A stretch of 64,000 nucleotides of DNA from Octopus vulgaris (lineage: Eukaryota): the NCBI GenBank assembly GCA_951406725.2, contig OX597818.1, positions 46,190,001-46,254,000 on the forward strand, read 5' to 3'. Under the pieces are notes generated by a model that ran no database searches, was not told the DNA's origin, and saw only the letters and a list, made by a program, of their open reading frames with translations. Within the stretch, counting starts at the first letter, position 1, and each line of letters begins with the position of its first letter. Below, piece after piece: positions 1 to 12,326 of this stretch. Position numbers and translations under genes: made by a program.

Positions 1-109
1 AGCAGAACATGTCCGTCGATTCAATGTTCCTGAGTGTAATGAAATGGCTATTATTATGGTTAGAGAACAACATGGTAAATGAGATATTGTTTTGAAATAC
101 TTGACAGTT

Positions 110-186
110 CCATGTCAAACTGTCTAGCCCATGCCGGCATGAAAAGTGGGCATTAAACGACGATGCGGATGATAATGATGATGATA
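110..186 (+). mobile_element. RTE LINE 3' tail remnant
   Basis: cccatgcc..catg..aaagtgggcattaaacga(tga)n, the same terminus as the LINE at 20907-22860. Confidence 0.7.
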
Positions 187-204
187 TATATATATATATA
201 TATA

Positions 205-340
205 TACACAACAGGCTTCTTTCAGTTTCCATCTACCAAACCAACTCACAAGGTCAGCCCGAGCCTTTAGTAGAAGACACTTGCCCAGGGTGCCATGCAT
301 GGTTTCTAAGCAAACTTCTTAGTCCCACAACCATGTCTGC
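205..340 (-). mobile_element. tRNA-derived SINE family A, 5' half
   Basis: Reverse complement of the family A head (ggcttctttcagtttcc...agtagaagacacttgccc). Confidence 0.75.
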
Positions 341-489
341 AATTTATAGAGTTTTAGTTTTTTAAGTTACTTCTCTATCTTCATCTCATTGTCTCCATGT
401 AATATATGCTTTTGCAACATGTTGATGGTACTACAATGAAAGACTTCCTATTAACTGCATGTTCTCCCATAGCGTTATTTTGTTTTGAC

Positions 490-765
490 TTCCTCACTGT
501 TTTCTTGGCAGAGACATTGACATGATTTACCATTGCTTTCCCCAACTGGATGACCACTGGCTCACAAGGAACTTATTCATCCTTTGACAGGTCTTGTTTT
601 TAGTCATACTGAGTGTCTAGACACCCTCCTCACAAGAGTAGCAAGCTACACAAGTGGGGGAGCCATCTTAGCTCCTCCTTGACCATAGAACCTGTAGTAC
701 TGCTTTAAATGGTACCAGTAGTTGGTCTCATCAGCCTGTGATGAGATCCCTGACTTGACTCTCAT
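490..765 (-). mobile_element. SINE-like element with a BovB/RTE-type 3' tail
   Basis: The minus strand ends gcaatggtaaatcat...tgccaagaaaac, resembling the BovB-type tail GCAATGGCAAACCAC...TGCCAAGAAAAC. Confidence 0.45.
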
Positions 766-854
766 CTTAATCTACAATTATTAAAAAAATTCAATTTGTA
801 AAAAGCTCCTACTGAGGAATAATAATATTTAAATCTTTTTTTCTATTTACTGAT

Positions 855-1060
855 GACAGTGCCATGTAAAAAGCACTGGTGCCACATAAAAAGCATCCAG
901 TACACTCTGTATAGTGGTTGCATTAGTAAGGGTATCAAGCTGTTGAAACTGTGCCAAAACAGACTATGGAATCTGGTGTAGCTCCTGGCTTTACTAACTC
1001 CTGTCAAACTGTCCAACTCATGACAGCAAAGAAAACATGTTACATGATGATGATGATGAC
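855..1060 (+). mobile_element. RTE LINE 3' tail remnant (old)
   Basis: gtgccatgtaaaaagcac...agtggttgcattagtaagggtatc...(tga)n tail. Confidence 0.7.
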
Positions 1061-1800
1061 GGTATCTTTTCAGGTAGAGTTAAAAATAAAAATATCAATA
1101 AAAATGAGAACTCAGAAATATAGTACTTTTTATGTTCTTGAAAATTCAGATTTATTCTGATCAAAACAGCAATAAATGTATAACTAAATCTATACTACAG
1201 ACATGAGGATATTCTATGGGGGACATATACTTTCAGCTGACTTGTATCAAATGGAAAGCAAAAAGACCACATCCATCCCAAAGGCCAGTGATGAGCCAAA
1301 ATACAGGGATGAAGAGACAATATACTATACAGAGCAGGAGTATTTGAAGGGCCTGCAATGGAACTTCATTCATTTCTCTAGATAAATCTATCGTATGTCA
1401 CCTTAACCAGTATTGTTAAAATGCAGCAAGGACAATGGTAGTATATGGTATGCTCTAATGAAGGATTGGTATTCATATGACATTATGTAAAGTCTCAAAT
1501 GCTAGCAAAAGAAAAACTATAAAACTATAAACAGAGTTACTATTGCTGTAGCTTAGTCTAGTAATACAATATTTGGGAATGAAATATGCAAATTGTACTA
1601 TCCCAATGAACGAATCTGTGTTACTTGTAAAAGATAACTAAACAAAACAAAACCCCCAAAGCAACGAACCATTGTAAAGCATATTGTTTACAATTTAAAC
1701 CATATTTTATGAATGTATTTTAATTTCATGAATCAAATTATTATTGTTCCATTTCTATTATTGACTAATTTCTGAATTTCTTCTTTTTCAGGCTAGAAAC

Positions 1801-1842
1801 ATGGCTTATAGAGTTGGTGGATCTGCTGTTTCCTTCTGTTGA
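1801..1842 (+). promoter_or_regulatory. uORF (MAYRVGGSAVSFC*) in the 5' part of the first coding exon
   Basis: ATG 1801 to TGA 1840-42, out of frame with the main ATG at 1874 and ending 31 nt before it. Confidence 0.5.
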
Positions 1843-1873
1843 CTACTTTAACTGTCTGTTCATTCTTGTTGCT

Positions 1874-1990
1874 ATGGTTACTCACACGCGATTGCAATAT
1901 TACAAACACAATTATTGCCTTCTCTGCATAACTGGCTCCTTAGGATGTCGATGGCACCGTTATCGGCAATCAGCACGCAACAGCCGAAAG
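1874..1990 (+). CDS. GDPD5: First coding exon of a GDPD5/GDE2-like glycerophosphodiester phosphodiesterase (exon 1792-1990)
   Basis: Branch point (ctaat ~1765), pyrimidine tract and AG at 1790-91; donor AAG|GTAAGA at 1991. Encodes MVTHTRLQYYKHNYCLLCITGSLGCRWHRYRQSARNSRK, matching the remembered vertebrate GDPD5 N-terminus (MVRHQPLQYYEPQLCLSCLTGIYGCRWKRY). Ends in phase 0. Orthology among GDPD2/4/5 cannot be resolved from this window. Confidence 0.88.
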
Positions 1991-4454
1991 GTAAGAAACT
2001 AGGCATTTCACTCTAGAAACACTTAAATATCCTGTTTCCTGTTTCTAATTATCTGTCTTAAAACTCTTGGGGTTTTTCTTTTTTTTTAGTAGCATTAAAT
2101 TTTAAACCTTAAAAAAAAAAAAAACAGTGGAAAGTTAGATTTTGATATTTTTCTATGAAATTTATTTTTAAGAGATTCTAAATTGTGGTAAAAATCTACA
2201 AGATTTTGTAATAAAATCATAAAAACTTATATTTTCTTTAATTGTAAAGGTGAGGCCAAGCAGAGTGATTTTTATGGTTGAATTCTTTTTCCTTTTTTAT
2301 CAGTTAAAACTCAAATATCCAGTGTGAGCTCATTACCATTTTATTCCAGTTTTCTCAGCTTTATTCCTCAGAAAATCAAGAAAATAACAAGAAAAAAATG
2401 CATTCTGATGCACTTTGTTAATTAACTGTATGCACATCTTTGGAGAAGAATGGGTGCTGCTAGATTGACTTGTTACATGAAATTAAATCTTTCAGTGATG
2501 ACACAACTCCATTCTACAATGGGTGATTGATTAAATTTGTTAATTCTGCTTCGTTTAGTCACTTGTTTTAAACAACACCATCAAATTAATTTATCAAAGC
2601 ATTTGGAAAGAGAATTTTATTAGGCCAAAACTTTATTTTAAATTTGAAAGTTAAGATTGATTTTAGAAATTATTCATAGTTATAGTAATGAAACATATTT
2701 CATGTCATAAAATATATTTTGCAAAACAGAAAAAAAACAAAAAAAACTACTTATTTGTTATTTGCAGCGGAAGCAGTATTACTTCAAATTAGGGATTTAT
2801 TTATCATACTTAAAGTATATTTATTGCTGAAAGCTTACTAAACTATGATATTCATCTTGAGAAAATATCTCTTAGACATATAGTGTTAAGGTGCAGCAGG
2901 CAAAAATTGCCCAGTTGTGGCATCACCTGCTGTAATATTTGTTTTTTTCTTTTTAAGAGACTATGATATGTTTATAAGAGATGCATTCTTGAGACAAATA
3001 ATGCTGCAGTTTAGAAGACTTTCATCAGTAAATATGGTTTAAATATGATATAAAGATTGTTAAAAGCAAACTTTAGGTTAGTTAAAATATGTTTGTGACA
3101 TATTTCAACTTCTAAAGGCAAATTCACTGCAGTTACCATGGAGATAAAAATTCCCTCTAATGGTAAAAACACTGCCCAGTGTTGCCTTCTATCAGATTCC
3201 CAAACACAGCATTTCTAGCTCTTTAGTTGTTACCAATGGAAAATACTGAAGTTGGGTAGCTCTGGGCAAATTTAAAGTCATGGCTGTGGCTGAAACACAA
3301 TCAACAACATTGACTGAGTTGCACTATTGGACAAGTTGAGAGAAATTAAGCAGTATAAGCACCAAGCAGTGTTTAGGCATTAGCAAACTTTAGGATAGTT
3401 AAAATATGTTTGTGACATATTGCTAAAAATATCTTGATTTGTAGGCTTATGTGATAATTTTTAAAACTCTATTATAAACTAGATGTCTAAACTGGGGTTA
3501 CAAATGTCTATAAGAACTAACATCACATCATATTGAAACTTGAAGTAAAATTTGTTCCTTTTTGTTTATTTATAACCTTATGAAGTTAGAATAAAAGTTG
3601 TACAGCAAAATAAGTGGGTTATTTATTAGAAAACTACTGTTTTTCATCATTACTATAATTTGTACCATATTTTAATTAGAGAATATAATTCCAAATTAAC
3701 TAAGTGTTACAAGAGAAAGAGGAAGAAATAAAAGTGTAAGAAAGAAATTTAATTTTACATCTGTCACAAATTAGATTGTTTTTCTACTACAATGACTTGT
3801 GAAATATATGTAAAGAGAGCTGAATTTAATGCTAGTTATTCAAGGGTGATATGATTTTTTAAAAATTTGTCCAGTGAGAATAACATTTTAGCATTACAAC
3901 TTCATGGCTTTTGAAAAAAAAAAGTATTTAGGATTTGTTTTATAAAATAAATGACATATTTTTAAAGGACAGTATACTTTGTTTGACAGCATAATCTCAA
4001 TATACACATTTGGGCACACTGTGTCTGTAACTGAAACCTTGTTTTTAACCTGAAGCTGGATATGTGGTTTATTTATTGAGAGAAAAGAAAAGAACAAACA
4101 AAAGACATGAAGTATTTTTTTATTTCTTTGGTTTCCACTTTTGAAATAGGTTCTTTATGTGTTTGACAGCCTTGGAAATTAATATTCATGTTGTGCCTCT
4201 AAATGTCTAAATGTGAAAAGATCACTTGGCTCTGTTACTCTGTTCATTATAGTTAATGAAACGTTGACGGCTGGGCAAATAACATGCTGTATTACATACC
4301 ATTTGCTAGTTTATTTGTCGTAATAGCAAAAATATTTGATCTGTTCCCCTTCCCACAACCATTAAGCTTCCTAAGTTTGATTTATTTGTTTTGGCTTCAT
4401 TATAACAATTTTTAGTCTTTAGAAAACAGTTGTCTGATTCCTTTATCAAAGTGC

Positions 4455-4965
4455 ACTTGACATTATACAATGTCACCTATATATACTTTGTGTACAGTTT
4501 CAACCCCTGTACATACAACATTACACCCTGTCACTTATGTGTACAGTTTCACTCACTGTACACTCAATATTACAAACTCCATCAAATATCTGTACAGTTT
4601 CAATGCCTGTATCCTCAACATTACAGGCATACTTATGTATACAGTTTCACTTACTGTACCGTATACTGTCACATGCGTACAGTTTCAATCCCTGTATACT
4701 CCACATTACACACTCTGTCACTTATATATACAGTTTTTCAGTTACTGTAAATTTCGCATTACATTCTGTGTCACTTATGTGTACAGTTTATTAGTAACTG
4801 TACATTCCACATTACATACTCTGTCACTTACATGTACAATTTTCCACCTTACATACTCTGTCACTTATATGTACAGTTTTTCAGTCACTGTACATTCCAC
4901 ATTACATTCTGTGTCATTTATGTGTACAGTTTTTCAGTCACTGTATACACCACATTTACAGTTTC
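4455..4965. repeat. Degenerate minisatellite, ~53-bp unit
   Basis: Repeated cattacactctgtcacttatgtgtacagtttttcagtcactgtaca; accounts for the overlapping ORFs at 4430-5108. Confidence 0.85.
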
Positions 4966-6974
4966 TCTCTCTGTCCCTTCTTATTTTTGTCTCTGTCTCA
5001 CCTGTAATCATTCCTATTTCTGTTTACAATTTCTGTACTTGTTCATTTCTGGTTACAGTTACCCTACCTTTATGTAGTGTTTCTTTCAATGTTCACCTTT
5101 GTTGTTAATTTCTTCCATGTTTACCTCTGTTGTCAGTTCCTTTGAATGTTCACTTTTGTTGTTGGTTTCTTTAAATGTTTACTTTTGTTTGCAGTTTTTG
5201 ACTCTGTTAAACCCTGCTTTCAATTTCTGTCTATACTTCTGTTTGAAAGCTGAAGATAGCTAAATCGATCAGTCTACTAACCAAGAGACTAGTGGTTTCA
5301 ATGATGTCATTATTACTGTACTATTTCTATGACCAGGACACTTTACTCTTAATGACCCAGTTTGCATATCTATCACACAATAATATATTTTTTAACTACA
5401 AATTGCACTGCAAAATTGATCAGTATCTTGCAAACTTTTTACTTGTGTTCAAGTCTTTTGAATATAGCTTAGCAATGACTGGCTTTTGCCAGACTTGTTC
5501 TAAATAAATTATACAGAGACAAAGTCTTCACTTGTGTCATTACAGCCCACAATGGATTATGATACTCAAAAGTTACCCATGTTTACAATGTCTTTTCCTG
5601 TTCATCATTTATAGGTTATGTGTTTACTCATACTTTTCATATTCAATTGTTATAGATTTCATTTCAAAACAGTTAAGCAACTTTCAAATAATGTGTATGG
5701 TTTGTGATCCAAGCGGAAATAATGAATCAGATGATGACAATATTTTTAGTGGATAGGCAAATAGTACACATGTAAAATACACGTTTTCCAATATGTCTTG
5801 AAAGTTCTTTTAACAAGTGAAATAAATATCAGAGATTCTTTTCCCCATGAAGAAACAACAGAAACTACTTAATGAGGTTGTAAGCTCTTTTCTGGTGGTG
5901 ACTAAAACTATTACAAGTTAGAAACCCTCTCATATCTGAAATAAACATCAGAAATGTTTTGTGCCCCAAGCAGAAACTGTGGGAGCTATTTAAACCTCTT
6001 CTCCTGGTGCTGACTAAAGCTGTCACAATGTTGGAAACTCTTCTTTACCTTCAGCAGGTATTTCAGGGTCATAAATGTTATGTTCCTTAGCCTGTATTCT
6101 TTGCTTGAGTGAAGCAAGGACAAATTAGCCTTTGTCTGTTGAAGGGTTCCAACTGCAATGATTTGTCAATTGTAACAACCTTGAGATGGTCTTAGTTGCA
6201 TGGCTATCTCCCCCATGGCTTTTTCAGTTATTTGGGTTTCAAACCAATCTTCTGCAAGAAACAGGACACTTATCTTGCTGGGAAACCATGACAGTCAACT
6301 TCAATGGGGATTGAGGCTGCAGGCCCTTGATAAGATCATTTCATATTGAAGTTCATAATTATTTTCCAAATACTGATAAATATAGGTCTTGTTCTTGTTC
6401 AGAATTCCCATAAAAAATTTTTTTTTTTGTTTCAACAGACTAAAAAGACTCAATATTTAGAAGCAGGCATAAGGGTTTCACATACTTTTGTCTGTGTAGT
6501 GGTCATTTTGTACCATCTGCCATGTAGGGTTTGGCTGTGTGATATGTGACATAACAGTCAGGGCATGTTGCATGTATTTTAATTTCCATTGTACTTTAGT
6601 ATGATTGAAAACTGGTAGTGACAACAGCAGAAACAAACAAGTTGGATTTAGTTGGTGCATGGTAATTTCAATTCCTTTGAAATGACTTGTGGTGATTGAC
6701 AACCCTAAATTTTGTAGTTAATTTGATATATGTGTGTTTTTGTTTGATTGAATTGAGACTGATAGGATAGAATTTTTAACATATAGTATTGATTTTGTGT
6801 GTTGATGATTGATCTATATTTGTGAATTTCAGACTGATCGTTGTGGGTGTTATTGACAAGTGAAAAATACAGTTATTTTGTGATTCTCTGAGGAAAATAT
6901 TGGGCTTTTCATCCAACATAGATTTATTTGATTTAGTACACAAATTTAAAAAAAAAATGTTTTCCCATATAAAA

Positions 6975-7120
6975 ATGTGGTTAAGAAGTTGGCTTTGCAA
7001 CTATGTAGTTTCAGGTTCAGTCCCACTGTGTGGTACTTTGGGCAAGTATTTTATATTGCATCAGACTAACCAATGTTTTGTGAGTGAATTTGGTTGGTGG
7101 AAAACTGTGGAAGCCCATTA

Positions 7121-7176
<56 letters not shown>

Positions 7177-7365
7177 ATTCTCACCACTCTTTGAAAATGG
7201 GTTTTAGATTGTTTACGTCCCTGTAACTTATTGGTTTGGCAAAAGAGATTGATAGGGTAAGTACCAGACTTAAAAATAAGTATTGCCGTCAGTTGATTTG
7301 ACTGAACCTTTCAGACTGGTGCTACAGCATGTTCACAGTTCAATAAGCGAAACAAGTAAAAGATT
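6975..7365 (+). mobile_element. SINE family A with internal (TG)n
   Basis: tgtggttaagaag (A box), ggttcagtcc (B box), CORE-like ttgggcaagt, internal (TG)n, tail gaaacaagtaaaag. Confidence 0.8.
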
Positions 7366-7526
7366 AACAATATTGTTTGTAACCTGAGTAGAAACATTTA
7401 TCAGATGTTTATTGAAAGAAGAAAACCAAATATAATGCATTATATTACTCAGTTTCATCTTTCTTGGTTCTGTGTTCAAATTAGAACAAGGTTACCTTTG
7501 CCATTCCACTCTTTTGATTTGATAAA

Positions 7527-7670
7527 TCATCATCATCATTGTTTAGCGTCCGCTTTCCATGCTGGCATGGGTTGGACGGTGCAACTGGGGTTTGGGAAGC
7601 CAGAAGGCTGCACCAGGCCCAGTCTGATCTGGCAATGTTTCTTCAGCTGGATGCCCTTCCTAACGCCAGG
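7527..7670 (-). mobile_element. RTE LINE 3' tail
   Basis: (cat)n + gtttagcgtccgctttccatgc...ggatgcccttcctaacgcc. Confidence 0.8.
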
Positions 7671-7754
7671 ATGCCCTTCCTGTAAATACTTATTCAGACA
7701 CTGTTAATTTATTTGATTATATTCCTCTCTCACAGAAGTTGACAATGTCTCTTA

Positions 7755-8075
7755 AGGCTCAGTGGTTAGAGTATTGAGCTCACAATCATGAGGTTGTGAG
7801 TTCGATTCCCAGACCAGGCTGCATGTTGTGTTCTTGAGCAACACACTTTATTTCACGTTGCTCCAGTTCACTCAGCTGTAGAAAAGATTCGTAACATTGC
7901 TGGTCCGAAGCTGTAGTGGGCTTTTCCTTTTCCTTGGATAACATCGATGGTATGGAGAGAGGAAGCTGTTGTGCATGGGTGACTGCTGGTCGTCCATAAA
8001 CAACTTTGTCCCTGGACTTGTGCCTCAGAGAGTAACTGCAATTTCATAGTCATTCATGACTGAAGGAGGTCTTTA
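7755..8075 (+). mobile_element. tRNA-derived SINE family C
   Basis: ggctcagtggttagag (A box), gagttcgattcc (B box), followed by gtgttcttgagcaacacacttta. Confidence 0.7.
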
Positions 8076-8977
8076 GTCTTTTACCCATTAAAAAAAATCA
8101 GTGTATAAACACTTCTGCAATTATATTTCTGACAAGAATAAAATGCCTTTGTTTTAGACCTCAAAATAATAAAGAATTGCATATGAGTGGGTGAATTGGG
8201 GGAAAAAATAACTTTCAACTTAATAAGCAACAAGTGTTTACTAATTAAAATCTAATTATCTTTCATGTTAATAATAACATTTCATTCAAGATAACAATTT
8301 AATTCTAGTAGAGGTAGTTTTGTTGGGTTGGAGTTGAATAGGTTAAACTATCACTAAAAGCATAATGTCATTTTAAATTATAGACAATTGTAGCAGGATT
8401 CTTACTGAAAAGTTCTTGTCTGATAAATCACAGTTTATATTTCTGAAAGAATGGGGTTAACCTCCCTATTCTGAATTGATAACATAATATAATATTCTTC
8501 CACTGAAGAAGAGGATCTCTATGTTATCTCTTTTAAAAAATTTTTTTGTCTTTTACAAAGTCTTTTGAAGGGAATTGTGTTAATGCTAAAAAATTGTGAG
8601 ACACTCACAGAAAATCAATTTCTGCTATACAAATCCAGTTTCTTAGTTCACCTGTTTCTTCATCATGAACCTTCAATTTTCAGCTATTGTCAATAGTTTG
8701 CAGATATTTTGCCATAAGCCAATGATACAATACTTAAAGTCAGAGCATTCAGTAGTTATCAAAGAACCTTTTAATATAACAACCCTTTTTTTTGGTGTTT
8801 TTCTAAGGAGGGTGACCCATATGCATATCCTATTCAAATCTTCCAAGAATATTGTGAGATAATTACTGGGAGAAGGTAGTACTTAATTTGAATGACCTTT
8901 TGTTAGGTATTGGAAAGAAAACATAGGAAGGAATTTCCAGAAAATTACACATGTTCACGACTGTTCTCTTAAAACTA

Positions 8978-9160
8978 TCCTTTTCCTTCATGGCATGTCA
9001 GCTTTTGAGAATCCTTGATTCTTGAGATTATCTCCCCTTTTCAAGTGGAGCTATACTCTAGAGGGAGAGATAATTTTAATAAATCATGAATTTATATTGT
9101 ATGGTATTTGATACACCTGTATTTGCCTCTGTTGTTCATATACATGCCTCTGGCCACTCT
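8978..9160. repeat. Unclassified dispersed repeat, copy 1
   Basis: Same-strand homolog at 26040-26232 (gaatttat.ttgtatggtatttgata.acctgtatttgcct). Confidence 0.7.
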
Positions 9161-9744
9161 GTGTAATTTCTATTACTTTAGCATCTCACTTATCTCCACT
9201 GCCCACATAAAGGTCAAGTGAGTTTTATTTATATATTTGTTTTTCCATTAATTTTACATATTTATTCAATGTAAATAGATTGAACTAAAGAAGGAAAAAA
9301 GCAAACAAAAAATAGAAAAAGTAAAATTAATATGATTCTCTTGAAGAATTGCAAAAATCGACTTTTCTAATAAAATATTGATTTAATCTTTACTTCTACT
9401 GGACAAAAGTTAAAATAAAATTTAAAACAAAATTCATTAAAAAAAACCTGCAAAATCATTAAAATCAGATGGTTTTGAAACATTTAACAAGATTGATGAA
9501 CATTCCAATTAGTTGATCTCTGAGTAATTTTTAAAGAATGAAAGAGATTTGACTAGCAATTGGAAATTATTGAAGTTTGTATTGCTCAATTGAATGTTAT
9601 TTAATGTATTTAATTGCAGTCTGTTCCTTTAGATAGGGAAGAGACGCTTGTAAATGCAAAAATTAGATAATTAATGAAAATAACTGAAAATTAGTAATCT
9701 GGAAAGGGGTTTTTGAAATATCCTTCTTTTTATGTAGTTTCAGC

Positions 9745-10140
9745 TGTGGCTGTGTGGTAAGAAGCTTCTCAACCTCATAGTTCTGGGTTCAATCCCTCTC
9801 TGTGATACATTGGGCAAGTGTCTTCTACTATAGTCCAGGGCCAACCAAAGCCTTGTGAGTGGATTTGGTAGACAGAAACTGAAAGACGTCCATCATATAT
9901 ATGTATGCATGTATATATCTATGTGTGCATGTTTTTGTATTTGCCCTGTCACCACCACTTGATAGCAAGTGTTTGTTTGTTTATGTCCCTCTAATGTAGC
10001 AGTCCTGTTAAGAGTGACTGATAAAGTAAAGACCAGGCTTAAAACAAGTGCAGGCGATTGATTTGTTCAAGAAAACCTACAGAGCAGTGCCACAGTATGG
10101 CCACAGTCTAGTGACTGAAGCAAGTATAAAAATAAAAGAA
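9745..10140 (+). mobile_element. SINE family A, near full length
   Basis: ggctgtgtggtaagaagctt...ttgggcaagtgtcttctactatag...ccttgtgagtggatttggtagac...tgactgaagcaagt. Confidence 0.8.
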
Positions 10141-10211
10141 TACACACACACACTCACACACACAAGAAAGAGTAGCACACAACACATTTAGTTGGATTTA
10201 CTTGTATTTAA

Positions 10212-10500
10212 TGGCCTAGTGGTTAGAGCAGCGGACTCGCGGTTGAAGGATCACGGGTTTGAATCTCAGACCGGGTGATGTGTGTGTTTATGAGCGAAGC
10301 ACCTACGCTCCACGCGGCTCTGGCAGAAGGTAATGGTGAACTTCTGCTGACTCTTTCGCCACAACTTTCTCTCACTCCTTCCTCCTGCATCTAGCAACTC
10401 ACCTGCGACGGACTGGCATCCCATCCAGGTGGGGAACCTATACACCAAGGAAACTGGGAAATCGGCCCTTATGAGCCAGGCATGGCTCGAGAAGGAACAA
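10212..10500 (+). mobile_element. tRNA(Arg)-like-headed SINE, CpG-retaining
   Basis: tggcctagtggttagag, anticodon-like tcg, ggtttgaatc B box, cctgcgacggactggcatcccatccagg domain and an A-rich tail. Confidence 0.7.
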
Positions 10501-10799
10501 AAAGAAAAACCAAAAAAAACTTGTATTTAATAACAGCTTGACTCAGTGTGACATGCCTTTATTTCATGGGCATGTGGAACACATATCTAGAGGCAGTAAA
10601 CACTACTTTTGGTCATCTGAGGAAATGAATGTGTCCTACAAACCCATGAAACTTCAAGTCATGTGGAGCTGAGTAAAATTGTTAGTAAATATATATATAT
10701 ATATATATATATACAAGATAAGAAAATGGAGAAATACATCTAAATCAAATATCAATTACCAGATAATACTCAATCACATACTTTATTAAACCACCACAT

Positions 10800-10843
<44 letters not shown>

Positions 10844-12065
10844 GTGTGTGTGATTGTATATGAACTGTAGATGACAATATCAAACACTCTTTAATAGCAA
10901 ATAAATGTTTTAGGTTAGCGAAAACAAAAAATTATAATTTGCAAATTTTGATTTCTTTTTCATTGTATAAATGTTTGTGAAATAAAAAGAATTTAAAGAT
11001 TTAAACTGTGGTGGTTAATACCATAATTTATTATATATTCTTGAATATATAATAAAGTAATACTTTAATTTATGTAGGTTCACCTTGGTTTTGGTTTGAA
11101 TTTATTATTACCTAACTGGATTATCCAGAGGTAAAAATGATTAAGTGGGTAAGATATTAAACTATCAGTTCTGGTTTTGAAGAATTTGTAATTGTTGTAT
11201 TTTACTGTGTTCCGGGTAGATTTCATGGTTCTATGTTGTATATCATTTCATGTAAGGATAGGAAATAGTTATGTGATGTTATGAGGATGTTACTACCTGT
11301 AGACCATTATCCAGTCAAGAAGGAAAATTCCTCTTTCATTTGTTTTATACTAAAATTTGGAATTAAGCAGTGGTTATATGGACCTCTTTGATTTGTATAG
11401 AAGTTAATCATTGTTAAATGATTTCTTAAGTATTCATATAACTTCATCCTAATTTTTTGCTTTTATATTGTAAAGTTTACTTGTAAACATTCAAATTCTT
11501 TTGTTAACTTTGATCAGATTATGAAATGGCCTGTTTGTGTACAAAAAATTACATCAGTTAACATAAATATAGTTCATTTTGTTATCAATATAAAAAAAAA
11601 ATCAATCTTTTACTCAAGTCAGACTAAGTGCAAGATTCCCACTTGACATATTATTACTTATTACCTGTACTATCATATGGTTATTTATCATAGTAGCAAA
11701 GCCATTCTATTTAAAAAGTCTTTGTAATAGAGTTACAGCATCCTGTAAGAACTGTAGCGCAGTGAATTAAAGCATTAAAATCTTGTGGTAGAAACAAAGG
11801 TTCTGAGTTTTGAATTTAGCTTAATGTTTTATAGACATGTAGAGATGATATGCATATGCCTAGAGACAATTTCATATGTATATATATGTGGAGACAATTT
11901 GGATATGTATAAAATGGATGTTAAAAATGGAAGATTTGAGACACTGTAGGTAGAAAAAATAAACTTGAGGTTGATAGTCCAGAATATCCATGCTTATATA
12001 AAAATATAAATATATATTCCAAAATGAGCAGAAGAGCCTTCAAAAACAGTGTATAGGCTATAGAG

Positions 12066-12326
12066 AAGTGGTTCTGAACTGGAGTCTATTTGGCCCTTGG
12101 GGTGGTGGAGTCATATAGGATTTTGTTAAAATTTATATGCAATAAATTGGTTATAACTCTACAATACACAAAATATTTAAACATTTTTAATACAATTCTA
12201 AATAATATCTAATCATAAAAAAATATAAGTGGAGTTTTTAAACATTGAATGACTACGAGTGTCCCACCTGATGAGTAAAATAGGAATCAAAGGGGTCTAT
12301 TGGCAAAGAATGGTTGAGAACAACTG
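12066..12326. mobile_element. hAT (Charlie-like) MITE
   Basis: TIRs (a)agtggttctgaac / gttgagaacaactg; perfect 8-bp TSD CTATAGAG at 12058-65 and 12327-34. Confidence 0.85.

Noticed and set aside
705-750. CTGATGA with a hairpin on the minus strand
   Set aside because: No GAAA strand follows; part of a SINE body.
1945-1990. Alternative reading MSMAPLSAISTQQPK of the first exon
   Set aside because: The other frame matches GDPD5 and is phase-compatible with exon 56242.
4430-5108. 212-aa and overlapping ORFs
   Set aside because: Produced by a stop-poor minisatellite; no domain or splice support.
5250-5305. Hammerhead-like GAAAC..GTC..CTGATCGA on the minus strand
   Set aside because: Extra base in the core and no stem II.
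7755-7830. tRNA gene (also considered at 10212-10280)
   Set aside because: A/B boxes run into SINE body sequence with no proper acceptor stem or terminator; these are SINE heads.
11078-11130. Possible small exon (tag|GTTCACC...GAG|gtaaaa)
   Set aside because: Weak splice signals, 53 nt would break the frame, and no GDPD similarity.
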